Part shown: positions 33,958 through 46,850 of the stretch, in pieces
How the letters are laid out: each line of letters begins with the position of its first letter
Position numbering within the stretch: position 1 is the stretch's first letter
NCBI GenBank assembly: GCA_047495785.1
Contig: JBLDXI010000034.1
Location: 992,001-1,056,000, forward strand
Direction: 5' to 3'
Length of the DNA stretch: 64,000 nucleotides
Source of the DNA: Lepidodermella squamata
Taxonomy: Eukaryota > Animalia > Gastrotricha
Notes under the pieces: generated by a model
The model's database searches: none
What the model was told of the DNA's origin: nothing
What the model saw: the letters and a program-made list of their open reading frames with translations, nothing else
Translations under genes and position numbers: made by a program

Positions 33958-36768
33958 ATGATTACCAGCTTGCCATATGAAATCTTGTCGAAAATTTTTA
34001 TTCTCCTTCCTGACCGAGTAATTTTTATTACCTGCTCCGTAGTATGTAAACGGTATTCTTTTTCCATTTCTAAATGTAACCTTTCCTGTCGAGTTTCACT
34101 TGTTTTTAAGCTGGCTTGCTGTGATCAGATCTAACGCGTTTTGGCAAGAATGGTTAGCCCGAGAGTTGAAAATAAGCAACACCTCGACTATTGCTCCATC
34201 GCGCGAAGAGGTAACGAGTCTCCTGAGGTGCGAAGTTCAGTCATACTATGGATCGTACGGCTTTGAAACACTCGACGCCTTGTTGGCTGTTGAAAACAGT
34301 CGACAAAGAGTATCAACGGCCGTCCCGCCTTTTCTCACAGCCGAGGAACAGTCAGCGCCTGGTGTCTACAAGCAAGGCTGGTATTCGTTAAAGCTTAGCC
34401 ATTTCTTCCCAGAAATCGCAAAAGTACTTGGCTTTTTCTTGATAAATCTTTCTAAAGTTTTAATGCTGTCACTCACAGGCGCAATTGCTTGGCTTGAAAC
34501 TTGGTATAAGCTGTTCACATTACTTGAAGGACGAATTTCATCTTTCATTGAATGACGACAACTTTTCTGTCTTCCTTGGCAAACGGGCCGATAAAATGTG
34601 GAGAATTATCGATCCGCATCCTGGTGGCCGTATTTACTCGAGAGATGCCGAGTTCAGGCTGATTTTAACTACTCCGAACCATGCCGTCAAACTCCAAAAA
34701 CAGAAGGTTAACATGTTCTTTATCGTGTCGTTTTCGGGAAAAATTACCGTCGTTTTAGGCGAGTTGGGCAATCCCAGTCGAAAAAAAGTAGACCATGGCT
34801 CGGTCTAAATTCGACACTGGGGTAGATCGTAAGGGTTCGACCCTACGTAGATCGAATGGTAAAATTAGGACCTACACAGGATCGATGCCCGTAGATCCAG
34901 TTTAATAGATCGACAATAGGTCGGAAAAACAACAATTTTGGACGGATATTTTGCCTTTTGGATCTACGTACGATCTACTGAGCTCTCGGTCTACTGATTT
35001 TCGTCTGGGATGAAAAAAAACTACCCCCTGATTTTATAACATATTCAAACGTTTCCAAAGGTCCTGATTCCAAAAATCATCTTATTTTGCCCCAGGTTTC
35101 GGGTCTTGCTCTACCTTCGCCGATTATTTTCCAACGCGATCAAAAACATTTTTCGATGTTTTTACTTTATTTTACTTTATTCTCAGTGTTACTAAGTATC
35201 CTGCAGAATTCTGCATCATCACTTTTAAACCCAGCTTAAGTGCAACTATAAATAAAACAGCTATGTGTATCTGTACCATAGCACTTAGAGTTCTCAAATA
35301 TTGTGTGTCGTACAGGGCAAACAGTTAGTTTCTGTCTCAATTTGTTTTCAATAGAACATGCATTCTCTCTCTCTCAATCTCTCTCCTAATTTATTGATTA
35401 TTAATTTAAAAAAATTGTCAGATTTTTTTGTTAATTCTTAATTTTGGAGTTCGTAGACGCATGAAAATTCTTCTTGCTTAAAAACTTTCAAATTACGTGA
35501 AAACAATTTCAAAAACATTCAAGAGAGGCTTTCCAATGATGCCATAAGACATAAGATAGTTTGGCAGATTGGCTGGCATATTGGCTTCTCGAAATTTGAT
35601 TGCCTTTCAGTTAGATGAATTTTATTTTTCATTGCTTTCAGATATCTGACACTGCGTCGGCAATTCAATTGGTATTCTATCAAAATAGAGAAGAATTAAC
35701 AGCTCTTCTCGAAACCGGAACTGCATCAGCTAACGGATATCGCCTATTCCCACAAGCGCATGGTAAAATTTTCAGGAGGATATTTCATTTCTCTTTGGCT
35801 AGCTACAAACTAATTCTTTAGAGCGTCCCTTGATAGCTGCAGCTGGACTTGGCGACAGTGAAATTCTGCTTCAACTGCTTCGTCACGGGGCCAATGTGAA
35901 TTTAGAAGATACATCTGGGAATTCTCCGTTAGCTTCCTCAATCGAAGCTGGCCTATTGAACAACGCAAAGCTCTTGATTGAAAATGGTGCTTCGATAAAC
36001 AAAAGCGGAGCTCGAAAGCCTGCACTTCATATGGCCGTCGTCAAAGGTAATATCGAAGCTATTGACCTACTCATACACTACGGCGCCGACATCGATATCA
36101 GAAATGAAAACGGCGAAAATTCTGTCCACGTTTTCGCCCGCCTTTTCCTTGATTTAAACTTCAGCTCAGCATATTTCGAAAACCGAAAGATTGTGCTGGA
36201 AGATGCGGATCCTGTTGCGGCTGCCTCCAATACAGCTGGCTTCGACACCCTTAAAGCGTTGAAAGAGCGAAATTTCGACTTCAACGCTGAGTCAAACAAC
36301 GGTTTTACGCCTCTGATGACCGCCTGTGAAAAATGCGACACGAAAATTGCTGGCTGGCTCATCGAATTGGGCGCTGATGTGAATCATGTCTCTACGTCTT
36401 CAATGACGCCGCTTCTAGCTGTGATCTGCTCGAAATCGTTCGTCGAAATCACTGAGCGGCCACTATTAATCAAATTATTGTTGGAAAAAGGCGCTGGTCA
36501 AACCCTGGAGACACGCAATTCTGACAATTTGACCCCGCTCATGGCAACAGTTTGTCTGAGAACTGGCGGCACCTACGATTTCGAGATCTTCAAAATTCTT
36601 ACCGAGGCCGGAGCTGAAGTAAACGTGACTTTGGCCAATGGAGATTCGCTATTCTGCCATCTATTAACGCATCAGATGTTGAAGGAAGCTTCACTGATAG
36701 CCGATCGAATTTCCGATCCGAATGAGGTTCAATCTTCGACCGGAATGACCGGAAATTGGTTTTGGTAA
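33958..36768 (+). CDS. F-box-ankyrin gene copy 1, C-terminally truncated; exons 33958-34052, 34111-34423, 34479-34706, 35642-35762, 35822-36768
   Basis: Exon 1 reads MITSLPYEILSKIFILLPDRVIFITCSVVCKR|W (F-box). Ankyrin repeats include GNSPL, KPALHMA and GFTPLMTA. Homology to the paralogs stops after TGMT, about 100 aa early. Confidence 0.8.
34773..35009. mobile_element. MITE in intron 3 of copy 1, with CCCAG..CTGGG termini and a 2-bp AT TSD (CMC/EnSpm-like)
   Basis: cccagtcgaaaaaaagtagacc pairs with ggtctactgattttcgtctggg, with several internal (G)TAGATC repeats in both orientations. It is absent from the copy 2 intron. Confidence 0.75.
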
Positions 36769-37904
36769 TGAAAAAAAAATTGAGTACAATATATAGCAAT
36801 AAATTTATTTAATAGTATCAATCTTCTCCGGAAGTGTGCTGGCTACTGAAATTCTGAAAGCAGACTCCGATTCCTCGTGAAAAACTACTTCGACATGAAA
36901 GGAGGCACATTTTCCGATTTCTTCTAAGTTTTTATTGGTACAGCCCAGTTAATTAATATTCTATTTCCGGAAATGAAATTAGATTCCGCGATTTCTTCAC
37001 TAATGGCTATTCTGTTTTGATTAAAATTTGGGCTCTAGGGTAACCTTTTTCGCTGAACAAGATGATGCGAACCATTGGATAAGCGCAAATCGATAATCGA
37101 TAATCGAAAATAAATCAATTTCCTGTTCATGCATTGCAATTTTCAAATAGCAAATCGATTTTTTCTTTACAAAAGCATCCTCCTAATTGAACTAAATGCT
37201 TAGACAAAAGGATGCAATAGAAGAAAAAAATAGGAATGAACGTGAGCAGATTCTCCTCTACACTGTCTTGTCAGAACATCTATCATAGCCGATTAATCGA
37301 TGCCAGCAGGAAGATTCGACCTAATCGTGATTTAATCGCGATTGGTCAAAATCGGAGAGCATCACACCCGCTGAAGTGCGTCAATCACGCGCCAGACACA
37401 CTTACCCAGATGGACGCCGTTCATAGGGGTAGAAGTGGCTTCAGGGGTAAAAGTCAGAGGTAAAAGTGGCTTCAACTCCAGAACTTTGATGGTTCATTTT
37501 TTCTCAATGGATGGTTCTTCTAGTTCTAGCCTTGTCTAAGAAATAAAATGAACAATTTAAGAGCTTACTCCTAAGCTTTGAATCTTTTGCCATTGGTTTT
37601 CTGTATGAACTATTGAGCTAGAATGTAGTTTTGAGTATAGTTTGAATATAGTTTGAATATAGTTTTGAGATGGAGATCTTTGGTAATTTTCTAGATAAAA
37701 ATATGGTGATTCCAGATAGCGCTTCGAATGGTAAACACTGGGCAAATGTTGTCAGAGCAATTTAAAGCAGTAAATACGGCACGTGCGCCTCAAAAACCAT
37801 TCATTCAATGAATGAAAAATTTCAATTATAAAATCGTATTTTTCCAAGTTCCCTTCAAGCATGAAACTGTAGATCTTAAAGCCTAGCTCTATGATAAGTG
37901 CAAT

Positions 37905-40900
37905 CTTTCTTTACCAGATGGCGCTGTGTTCACTTTAGGCTCGTTCACTGCTAATGGCTGCTGTTACACCGTCATCTGTTTGTTTTCCCAAGAATTTTGC
38001 AGAAACTGCTTGAAAATTTATCAAAAATACACTGACAGCTAAAGCCTGATCTAGGTGTAAAAATCGAAATTAAGCTTGTATATTAGACTAGAACCCCTAT
38101 TGGCGACTTCAACCCTCTTTAATAACTAGCTTATCGTTTCAGATTATAATTTCTAGTGATAACTTGCTTTTTCTGACTATTTTTGATAACACAGCCGTGC
38201 TTTTGCTGCTAAGCTAAAAATGAAGGATATGATTAGCAGCCTGCCTTATGAAATCAAGTCGAAAATATTTCTACTCCTTCCAAGCAGAGTCATTTTCATC
38301 ACCTGTTCCCAAGTATGCAAACGGTAATTTTTTAAATTTCTCATTTTTGCCCTCCCCATCGAAGACTTGTTTTTTCAGCTGGCTTGCTGTGATCAGATCT
38401 AACGCGTTTTGGCAAGAATGGTTAGCCCGAGAGTTGAAAATAAGCAATACATCGACTATTGCTGCATCGCGCGAAGAGATAGCAAGGCTCCTGAGTTTTG
38501 AAGTTCAATCATATCATGGATCTTATGGTTTCGAAACACTCGACGCCATGTTAGCTGCAGAGAATAGCCGGCAACGAGTACCGCCAGCTGTCCCGCCTTT
38601 TCTAACAGCCGACGAACATTCAGCGCCTGGTGTCTACAAGCAAGGCTGGTATTCGATAAAGCTTAGCCATTTCTTCCCAGAAATCACTAAAGTAGGCTTC
38701 TTTCTAGTTGGAAATCTCAGTTTTAGTGCTGTCATTCACAGGCGCAATTGCTTGGCTTGAAACTTGGAATATGCGGTTCAAGATATTCGAGGGGCGAATT
38801 TCATCTTTCATTGAATGACGACAACGTTTCAGTTTTTCTTGGCGAACGAGCCGATAAAATGTGGACGGTTATCGATTTGCATCCTGGTGGCCGTATTTAC
38901 TCGAGAGATGCGGAGTTCAGGCTCATTTTCACTACTCCAAACCATGCTTTCCAACTCCAAAAACTGAAGGTTAAATGTTAAATGTTCTTCATCGTGTCGT
39001 TTTTGAATTTTTTTTTACAAATGTTCTGCAAGCTGTAAGAAAATTCTTCCTAGCTCAAAACTTTGCAATAACGTAAAAAACAAGTTCAAAAACCTTCCAA
39101 GAGAGGATTTCAAATTTTGCCAAAAAAATAGGTTGTAATATTGGCAGGCTTCTTTAAATTTGATTGCCTTTCAACTTCACGAATTTTTTCATCGCTTTCA
39201 GATATCTGACACTGCGTCGGCAATTCAATTGGTCTTCGATCAAAATAGAGAAGAATTAACAGCTCTTCTTGAAAACGGAACTGTTGCAGTTAATGGTTTT
39301 CGCCAATTCCTACATGCGCATGGTAAGGGAGGATATTTCATTTCTCTATGGCTAGCTATAAAATAATTCTTTAGAGCGTCCCTTGATAGCTGCAGCTGGA
39401 CTTGGCGACAGTGAAATCCTGCTTCAACTGCTTCGTCACGGGGCCAATGTGAATTTAGAAGATACATCTGGAAATTCCCCTTTAGCTTCCTCAATCGAAG
39501 CCGGCCTTTTGAACAACGCAAAGCTATTGATTGAAAATGGTGCTTCGATAAACAAAAGCGGAGCTCGAAAGCCTGCACTTCATATGGCCGTCGTCAAAGG
39601 TAATATCGAAGCTATTGACCTACTCATACAATACGGCGCCGACATCGACATCAGAAATGAGAAGGGCGAAACTTCTGTTCACGCTTTCGCCCGCCAATTT
39701 CGGGAAATCTACTTCAGCTCAGCATATTTCGAGGGTCGAAAGCTTATGCTGGAAGACGAGGATCCTGTTACGGCTGCCTTCAATACAGCTGGCTTCGCCA
39801 CCCTTGAAGCGTTGAAAGAGCGAAATTTCGACTTCAATAACGCTGAGTCAAACAACGGTTTTACGCCTCTGATGACCGCCTGTGAAAAATGCGACACGAA
39901 AATTGCTGGCTGGCTCATCGAATTGGGCGCTGATGTGAATCATGTCTCTACGTCTTCAATGACGCCGCTTCTAGCTGTGATCTGCTCGAAATCGTTCGTC
40001 GAAATCACTGAGCGGCCACTATTAATCAAATTATTGTTGGAAAAAGGCGCTGGTCAAACCCTGGAGACACGCAATTCTGACAATTTGACCCCGTTAATGG
40101 CAACAGTTTGTCTGAGAACTGGCGGCACCTACGATTTCGAGATCTTCAGAATTCTTACCGAGGCCGGAGCTGAAGTAAACGTGACTTTGGCCAATGGAGA
40201 TTCGCTATTCTGCCGTCTATTAACGCATCAGATGTTGAAAGAAGCTTCTTTGATTGTCGATCGAATTTCCGATCCGAATGAGGTTCAATCTTCGACCGGA
40301 ATGACTCTACTGATGTTAGCTGCACAATTTTTTTATCGAGGCCCTGTTGAGGCGAGGGGCAACGATCGATGAACAGAACGCAATTGATGGTAAAACTGCT
40401 CTGCTGTATGCGTTAGAAGCTGCGAATAAGCCGAATATGACGACGATTTTGAAAAGCACTCGAAACTCAGTCGCAGTTTTGCTCAGGCACGGAGCTGATC
40501 GTTCGCTGCGGGACAAAAATGGACGTAGCGCTGCTGACTACGTTTCCGAGTGCCAGATAAGCTTGTTGAAAATTAACTGCAGTTGTAGCCAATGTTTGAT
40601 TCGCAAATTACTGAACCGTTAAGCCTTGAGACAACTTTATTAGATTTTCTATGGAAGCCAATAAACGCTACAAGTGAACGTGATCGATTCTTCATTTTTG
40701 AACTGAACGCACATCGGACAAAGTTGACAGCAACTAATCATTTATGTCCATGTGATCTTCTAACAGGAAACAGCTTGAATCGAGGTCACAGAACCTGAAA
40801 CCGGACAGCCAATGTAAATTAGTTTGTCCAAGCACGGGAAAACTGTTCTATATCTCCTGTCATTTGAGCTCGGAATATCCAGAAATAATGGCGAGCCAGA

Positions 40901-40953
40901 CCGCTGAAGTGCGTAAATCACGAGCCAGACACGCTTAGTTCATAAGCGTGACC
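37905..40953 (+). repeat. ~3-kb segmental duplication unit; second copy at ~47465-50865
   Basis: Near-identical upstream region, F-box-ankyrin gene and 3' flank (copies 2 and 4). Confidence 0.88.
38220..40622 (+). pseudogene. F-box-ankyrin gene copy 2, frameshifted near 40330; exons 38220-38323, 38379-38691, 38742-38969, 39202-39322, 39375-end
   Basis: Exon 1 reads MKDMISSLPYEIKSKIFLLLPSRVIFITCSQVCKR|W. Relative to copy 4, 17 nt are missing between two T-runs, which splits the ORF (39383-40372 and 40347-40622). Confidence 0.8.
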
Positions 40954-41124
40954 TCGAGTTAATTAGTGTCAATAATCAAACAAGTTAAATGCATCACAGG
41001 CTGACTAAATCGTTAACCATACTCCCATTAGGAAACAGTAACGATAAACTACTCAGGTATAGATTGAGCTTATGAGAAAACGATTAGACTTCTCCTTTCC
41101 AATATATCCGAATCTCATCGCGGC

Positions 41125-41466
41125 ATGAATCCCATATCATTAATTGTTATAAGTCTTTGCCTATTCGAGCACGTTGAGACTTCAAAACTTCCAGCAATGA
41201 GTGAAAGTGAGTTGAACTAGTGGTGGTGGAGATTTCTCTATGATTTCGTATACTCAATAACAGTAACTCGGGCTATGTTGGCGAAAGACGACATTACAAT
41301 GCAGCAGCTCTATCGGAAGCTACGGCAGGGCCGTGACGATTGCAACATTGAGACTTGCATGCGAGTCTTCAATTCGTTGCCGATTTGCCATTCGCGGGGT
41401 TCTTTCTACGTTTGGGCGAGATTGCTGGCGAAGCAAATGGCAGCGGATGTGTCGAAATGCTCCTGA
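41125..41466 (+). CDS. Small secreted 4-Cys peptide, type A copy 1 (exons 41125-41206, 41264-41466; 94 aa)
   Basis: MNPISLIVISLCLFEHVETSKLPAMSE|ITRAMLAKDD...CNIETCMRVFNSLPICHSRGSFYVWARLLAKQMAADVSKCS*. The phase-1 GTGAGT..CAG intron position is shared with the divergent paralog at 59542. Confidence 0.8.
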
Positions 41467-41872
41467 GGCGCCCCGGTGAGTTCGTACTTATACCGAGCGA
41501 GTGCAACTTCACGCTTCACGGTCGCTAACGATTAAATTAAAATTGTTCACTTCAAGCTTGACGTAGCGGAAAATCTAAGTGCACTCTGTTGATAAAAGAA
41601 TAAATTAAAATGTGGGACTCACATGATCAGGCCTCAGATTGACAAGGGAACTGCGACAAAGGGCGTCCGAAACGAAATGCTTGAATGTTCTCATGTCGTG
41701 CTTTTCACGGTTCGTCACGCAGGTCAGAGACCCTGTTCTCGAGCTAAAAATCCTGTGTGCTTGAACTCAAACATCTTCTTTTAATTTCATCAAAAATAAC
41801 CGTATTGACTATCAAATATCAACGAAATACTTCGTAATCGTAAATTTATGGCATAGGTACATACAAATCGAA

Positions 41873-42010
41873 CAGTGAGCGAAGTAGGATCCTCGGGCTA
41901 AGGGCTATGAAGTTTCCGACCAAATGGTCACCCTGTGGCTATTCAGGTTTCATTGCTTTGGCCTCTCGAGTTAAGGAATATGGTACTCCGATCGGTACTT
42001 CGTAAAATTG
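41873..42010. mobile_element. hAT-type MITE family copy
   Basis: cagtgagcgaagtaggatcc ... ggtacttcgtaaaattg. The equivalent copy in the duplicated segment is at ~54675-54820. Confidence 0.65.
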
Positions 42011-42989
42011 GATCGATTCGATTTTGCTCGGAGGGAATGGGCCGCACCTTTTTTGCGGCGGAAACTGGAGACGTAATAGTGTGCCTAATGCCAAATGCCA
42101 AGAACCAACCATTAACTTTCCTCCCTTATTTGTTTTTTTAATATCCAAATTTTGATTTTCATCAGGGTTTTCAAATAAAGAAAGCGTGTGACGGCAGTAT
42201 ATTATCACAAAATTACAGCCGGCCTGCAGATTAACTTTTTAATCCGGTCAATATGAGTGTTGCACTGTCTGAAATGGAATCGGAAGTTGGAATTTTCTCT
42301 AGAGTTCACTATATTTATAAGCGTGGCCTTGAAAATTGAGACTTCCGGTTATACATATGGTATAAACACACGAAGCGCCTTCACGCTTAATTTATGTTTG
42401 ACAACTCGCTGCGCCGCGGAAAATCTGCGCAGAATCCCGTAACTTTAGTGTTTTCTTTCCGCAACGCCACATTTAGTCTTCGGTAGTTGATGTCATTGCG
42501 CCGAGGTAACGTCTTTTCGGGCAACGGCTGCGTGCAGCAGTGTGACTTGGCTGTACTTACCCAAAATTAGGATAGTTTTGGGTTTGCCGTTTGCCATCAA
42601 GGTAAGACTGGACTGAAAATATGCTCGCATGACCTCACTTTACACGTGCTCCGAGAATCGTCTGATCTGTAATTAACCAGCGTCTTGTTAGGTCCGCGGA
42701 GATGCAACTACAACATAACAGCATAATGAAGAACAAAAATAGGAAAAAAGATTAAAAATTAAACGAAAAACAACTATAACTGCCACATTCCTTGTTAGCA
42801 GTCAAGAAATTGCTAGTTTCGAAAATTTGGTGATCAGACCTTCTGAGGACGATCAGGACGTTTTCTTACAACTCTGATTTGTCAATTTTTCTCAAGCAAA
42901 AAGACAAATGATTTGCATCCTCAAAATTTCATAATTTCGAACAAAGAATAAGTGGAGCAGAAGCACTGAATTTTTGAATAAATTATTAG

Positions 42990-45168
42990 CTAAGTACAAC
43001 AGCAGTTAAATACCGACCATCGACAACGCAAACCATAGTCGCTAGCGTTCAGCCCATTTTTGTCTCGCAGCGAACGATTAGCTCCGTGCACCAGTAGAAC
43101 TGAGATGATTTTTCGGTAATCCCTCTCACACATTCTTCGGGTCATAGTTGTGTCCTGCAGCGAGCCGTCAGGTCCACGTTCGAGCGTATTATACATTCGA
43201 TGGATTTGATTGTTGTTCATAATTGTAGCTTCTAATGCATACATCAGTGCAGTTTTGCCGTTAATAGCATTCTGCGCATTGATTTTAGCGCCTCGTCTAA
43301 GAAGAGACTTGATCAAATGCACTTCGCCTACCGCATACCTTGCAGCTAACATCAGCAGTGTCATTCCGGTCGAAGCTTGAACCTCATTTGGATCGGAAAT
43401 TCGATCAACAATCAAAGAAGCCTCCTTGAACAATAGACGCGTCAGTAGTAGGCAAAACAACGAATGGCCTCTGGTAAATGTCACATTTACCTCAGCTCCG
43501 TGCTCGATTAAGATTTTGAAGATTTCGAAATCGTAAAAGCTGCCAATTCCCATATATGCTGTGGCCATGAGTGGAGTGAACTTGTCAGGCGTCTCTAGAG
43601 TTTGACGGGCTCCCTTTCCCAACAATAATTTTACTAAGAGATACCGTTCACAGATTTTGTCTGGCAATTTTGAGCAAATTGTGGCTAGCAGCGGTGTGTT
43701 TGAAAACGCCGAGACATGATTCACATCAGCTCCAAATTCAAGCAACAAGCTAGCAATTTCCAGGTCACTTCGTTCGCAGGCAATCATCAAAGGTGTAAAA
43801 CCGTGGTTAGACATAGCGTTAAAATCAACATTTCGCTCTTTAAGTGCTTTGAGGACGGCAGAGCCAACTTTTTTGAAGAAAGCTGAAAAACCCTCACGAG
43901 ATTGTGAGTAGATTGATTCGACATAATGTGTATGAAAATGGCTTGCAAAAACGTGGACAGAATTTTCGCCGTTCTCATTTCTGATATTGATGTCGGCGCC
44001 ATACTGTATAAGTAGGTCAATGGCTTTAAGGTTACCTTTGGAAACAGCCATATGAAGAGCAGGGTTACATTCGTTGTTAATCCGGGCGCCGTTATCCAGC
44101 AACAGCCTTGCGTTATTTAAAATGCCGGCTTCGATAGCCGATGTTAATGGTGACTTTCCAGCAACGTTTTTTAGGTTCGGATTGGCGCCATGACGAAGCA
44201 GTTGAAGCAATATTTCACTGATGTCGTCAAGTCCAGCTGTGGAAATTAAAGGTCGCGCTTGGAGGTATCCGTTGACCGCTACTGTTCCCTTCTCAAGTAA
44301 AGCAGTTAGTTGTTCAAAATTTTGATCCAGGGCCAGTTGTATGGCTAACTTGGTGTCTGATATCTGAAACCAATAGATCGTAGATCGTAGAAGTGTTAGT
44401 AGACTACAACGAGACCCAGGGTGAATGGATAACTATTCTCCCCTACTTCTTCCATTTTTCCATTTTAAGGATAAATTAGAAGATTCAGCGAAAATCGGCC
44501 AGTATCGGCCAGTATTTTGTAATGTAGCAATCAGTCTCACCTTCAGTTTTTGGAGTTCGACGGCTTGGTTCGGAGTAGTGAAAACCAGCTTGAACTCGTT
44601 ATCTTCCGAATAAAGACATTCAACCTGATCCAGATCAATAACCGTCCACAATTCATCTGTCCCGGCGCCCAGAGACACGGGTGCGTTGCTGTTACTTTTT
44701 CGCACGTAATAAGTATTTTCTGAAAACCCTAAACCGCAAATTGCGAGTTTCAAGCCAAGAAATTTTGCCTGTGAACGACATTATGTACATATATTGAGAA
44801 TCCGCTAACAACATGATTTACGCACTTTTGCGATTTCTGGTGAGAAAAAAATAGAAGATAATCGAAGTTTAACATCCAAGCTGAGCAAACTGATGATGTC
44901 GTCGCGCGATACACCAACTGTTAACTGCGAAATATTTCTGGTCTTGAATTCACGGGCTAACCAGTCTTGCCAAAACGCGTCGGATCTTATCACTGAATGC
45001 CAGCTAAAGAACGAATAAAACCTTTATTTGAAGAATTCCCACAATGGAAGTGAACAGAAAATACCGTTTGCATACTAATGAACAAGTGATGAAAATGACT
45101 CTGTTAGGAAGGAGAAGAAATATTTTCGATTTTACTTCATAGGGCAGGCGGCTGATCACATCAACCAT
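42990..45168 (-). CDS. F-box-ankyrin gene copy 3 (apparently intact, 4 exons)
   Basis: Exon 1 (45168-45065) reads MVDVISRLPYEVKSKIFLLLPNRVIFITCSLVCKR. It is followed by a short in-frame exon 2, exon 3 (AKFLGLKL..LQKLK) and a last exon from ISDTKLA through the ankyrin ORF, ending FNCCCT*. Confidence 0.82.
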
Positions 45169-45622
45169 TTCACCACGCTACAAAACCAAACACTAGGATG
45201 AAAAATAGCGGCAAAATACGCCAGAGTGCTTGAGTTCAATCAGAAAATTCCAACTTGATTTTCTCAGCAGCTGTAAACACTGACATTCAACGTACAAAAA
45301 GCCTTTATGAGCATGTTATAACAAAAATTCGAACATATTGATACGCAAATGAGCATCTTTGTACGCCATTTTTCAATAAATATGAGACACGCCGTATCTG
45401 AAAAGAGACGTTATAGTTTCAGTTGCGGCACAAAAATGGGGTGACTACGCCCTAATAAATGTTCTAGCACAATCGAACTTATTCCTAAATTCCTAAATAA
45501 GGACCCTTTTAAGCCTCATATTATATAAACTATTGCATATAACGAATGAATCGGCGAAATATCAATATGGCCAGATTTTTTACATGCAAGGTGAATCATG
45601 TATTGTTGGCTTGTGAACATAT

Positions 45623-45799
45623 CGTTAGCGGCGCGCCAAAACAACCACTTTACTATTTATAGATTTTATATGGATAGTACGATCGAGAGTAGAAAAAAAT
45701 CAGTGCTCAAATGGCCTATCGTACTTTATCATTACGTTCGGCGACTTCAAGTACGATCGAATGAATCATCTAAGTGGTTGTTTTGGCGCGCCGCTAACG
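45623..45799. mobile_element. MITE with perfect 28-bp inverted repeats, inserted at ATAT
   Basis: cgttagcggcgcgccaaaacaaccactt pairs with aagtggttgttttggcgcgccgctaacg. An empty paralogous site lies at ~58747 (gaacataagggg). Confidence 0.85.
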
Positions 45800-46850
45800 A
45801 TATGGGGGCCGCCTGCAGAAAACGTGATACTGGTTCGTGCCAGCATGAGCGCTTGGCCATATCAATACCATATGTAACCTGTAATGATTTCATTTATAAG
45901 TTGGCCATTTGACCGACATCCTTATTCGGTGATATAAAACGGTGATATAAAACGTGATTATAAAACGTGCCGGAAATAGATGACTTTAAAGGCGAACATT
46001 TTGCTGCATATCAGCGCTTATTTTTTCAATCTTGGCTTCAGTAAAAAGCCAGAGTTCGGAAAATATATTGTCTCGTTGCTGATCTCACAATTACCTGAAA
46101 TGAAATGGCGATGACATGATATCAAATGCGAATAAGGCATACAGTTTTATGGGCAATTCCGTGCAGCCTATTTCAACATTTTGAAGTAGCAACATTTCGA
46201 AATCAATAAATGCCTTGTTAAATAGTGTTAAAGTGAAGACGATTTTTCATTGAGCTTGTTTCGCGAGGTATTTTAAACTGGAATACAGCTGAACCTCGAA
46301 CATCAACGAAAAACCTGCGGTGTTTCAAAAAATGCAGAAGGGAAATCTAGGTAGGACAACTTCCGTCCGTCTCCTAAATTTTGACATTCTCGTCTGGCGG
46401 AAGTCTGATGACGGGGGATCGAGGTTCCACTGTAGCCCGATATCATAATAGCGTGCCACTTTTCACGACTATTCAGACAGGAAGTCATCGATTGATGACT
46501 AGAAAGCTAATAATTGGCTTCGCCCGACAAATGATAAATGAATAGTGAGTAGCACGTGTGTTCCGGTTCTTTAACACATAATTCAGCTATAAATAGCATG
46601 AATAACGGTGAAGAGGGAAACAAGGTTTACAGGCGTGAGACGAAGTATACTTAAACAGTGCTCACCTCAACAGTGAAGCACGTATGCCACTGTCCCATTC
46701 CGAAATAGTGGATTAAATGTCTATTTTCCAAGGCCAGGAAGTAGTTCGAAGGCTTCAAACTAAACCTTCACAATTGTTCCACCTTCTTACTGTTGGATAC
46801 TTCATTTAATATTTTCAATAATTGTTTTCAGAACCTTATGAACCTTTGAT

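Noticed and set aside
34826-34860. GGGTTCGACCC resembling a tRNA T-loop or B-box
   Set aside because: No cloverleaf or A-box is evident, and it lies inside a MITE.
38248-38981. ORFs 38248-38760 and 38748-38981 (and 34100, 34485, 47800, 48300) as independent small genes or an operon
   Set aside because: They are exons 2 and 3 of the F-box-ankyrin genes read through flanking introns, and GT-AG sites join them in frame.
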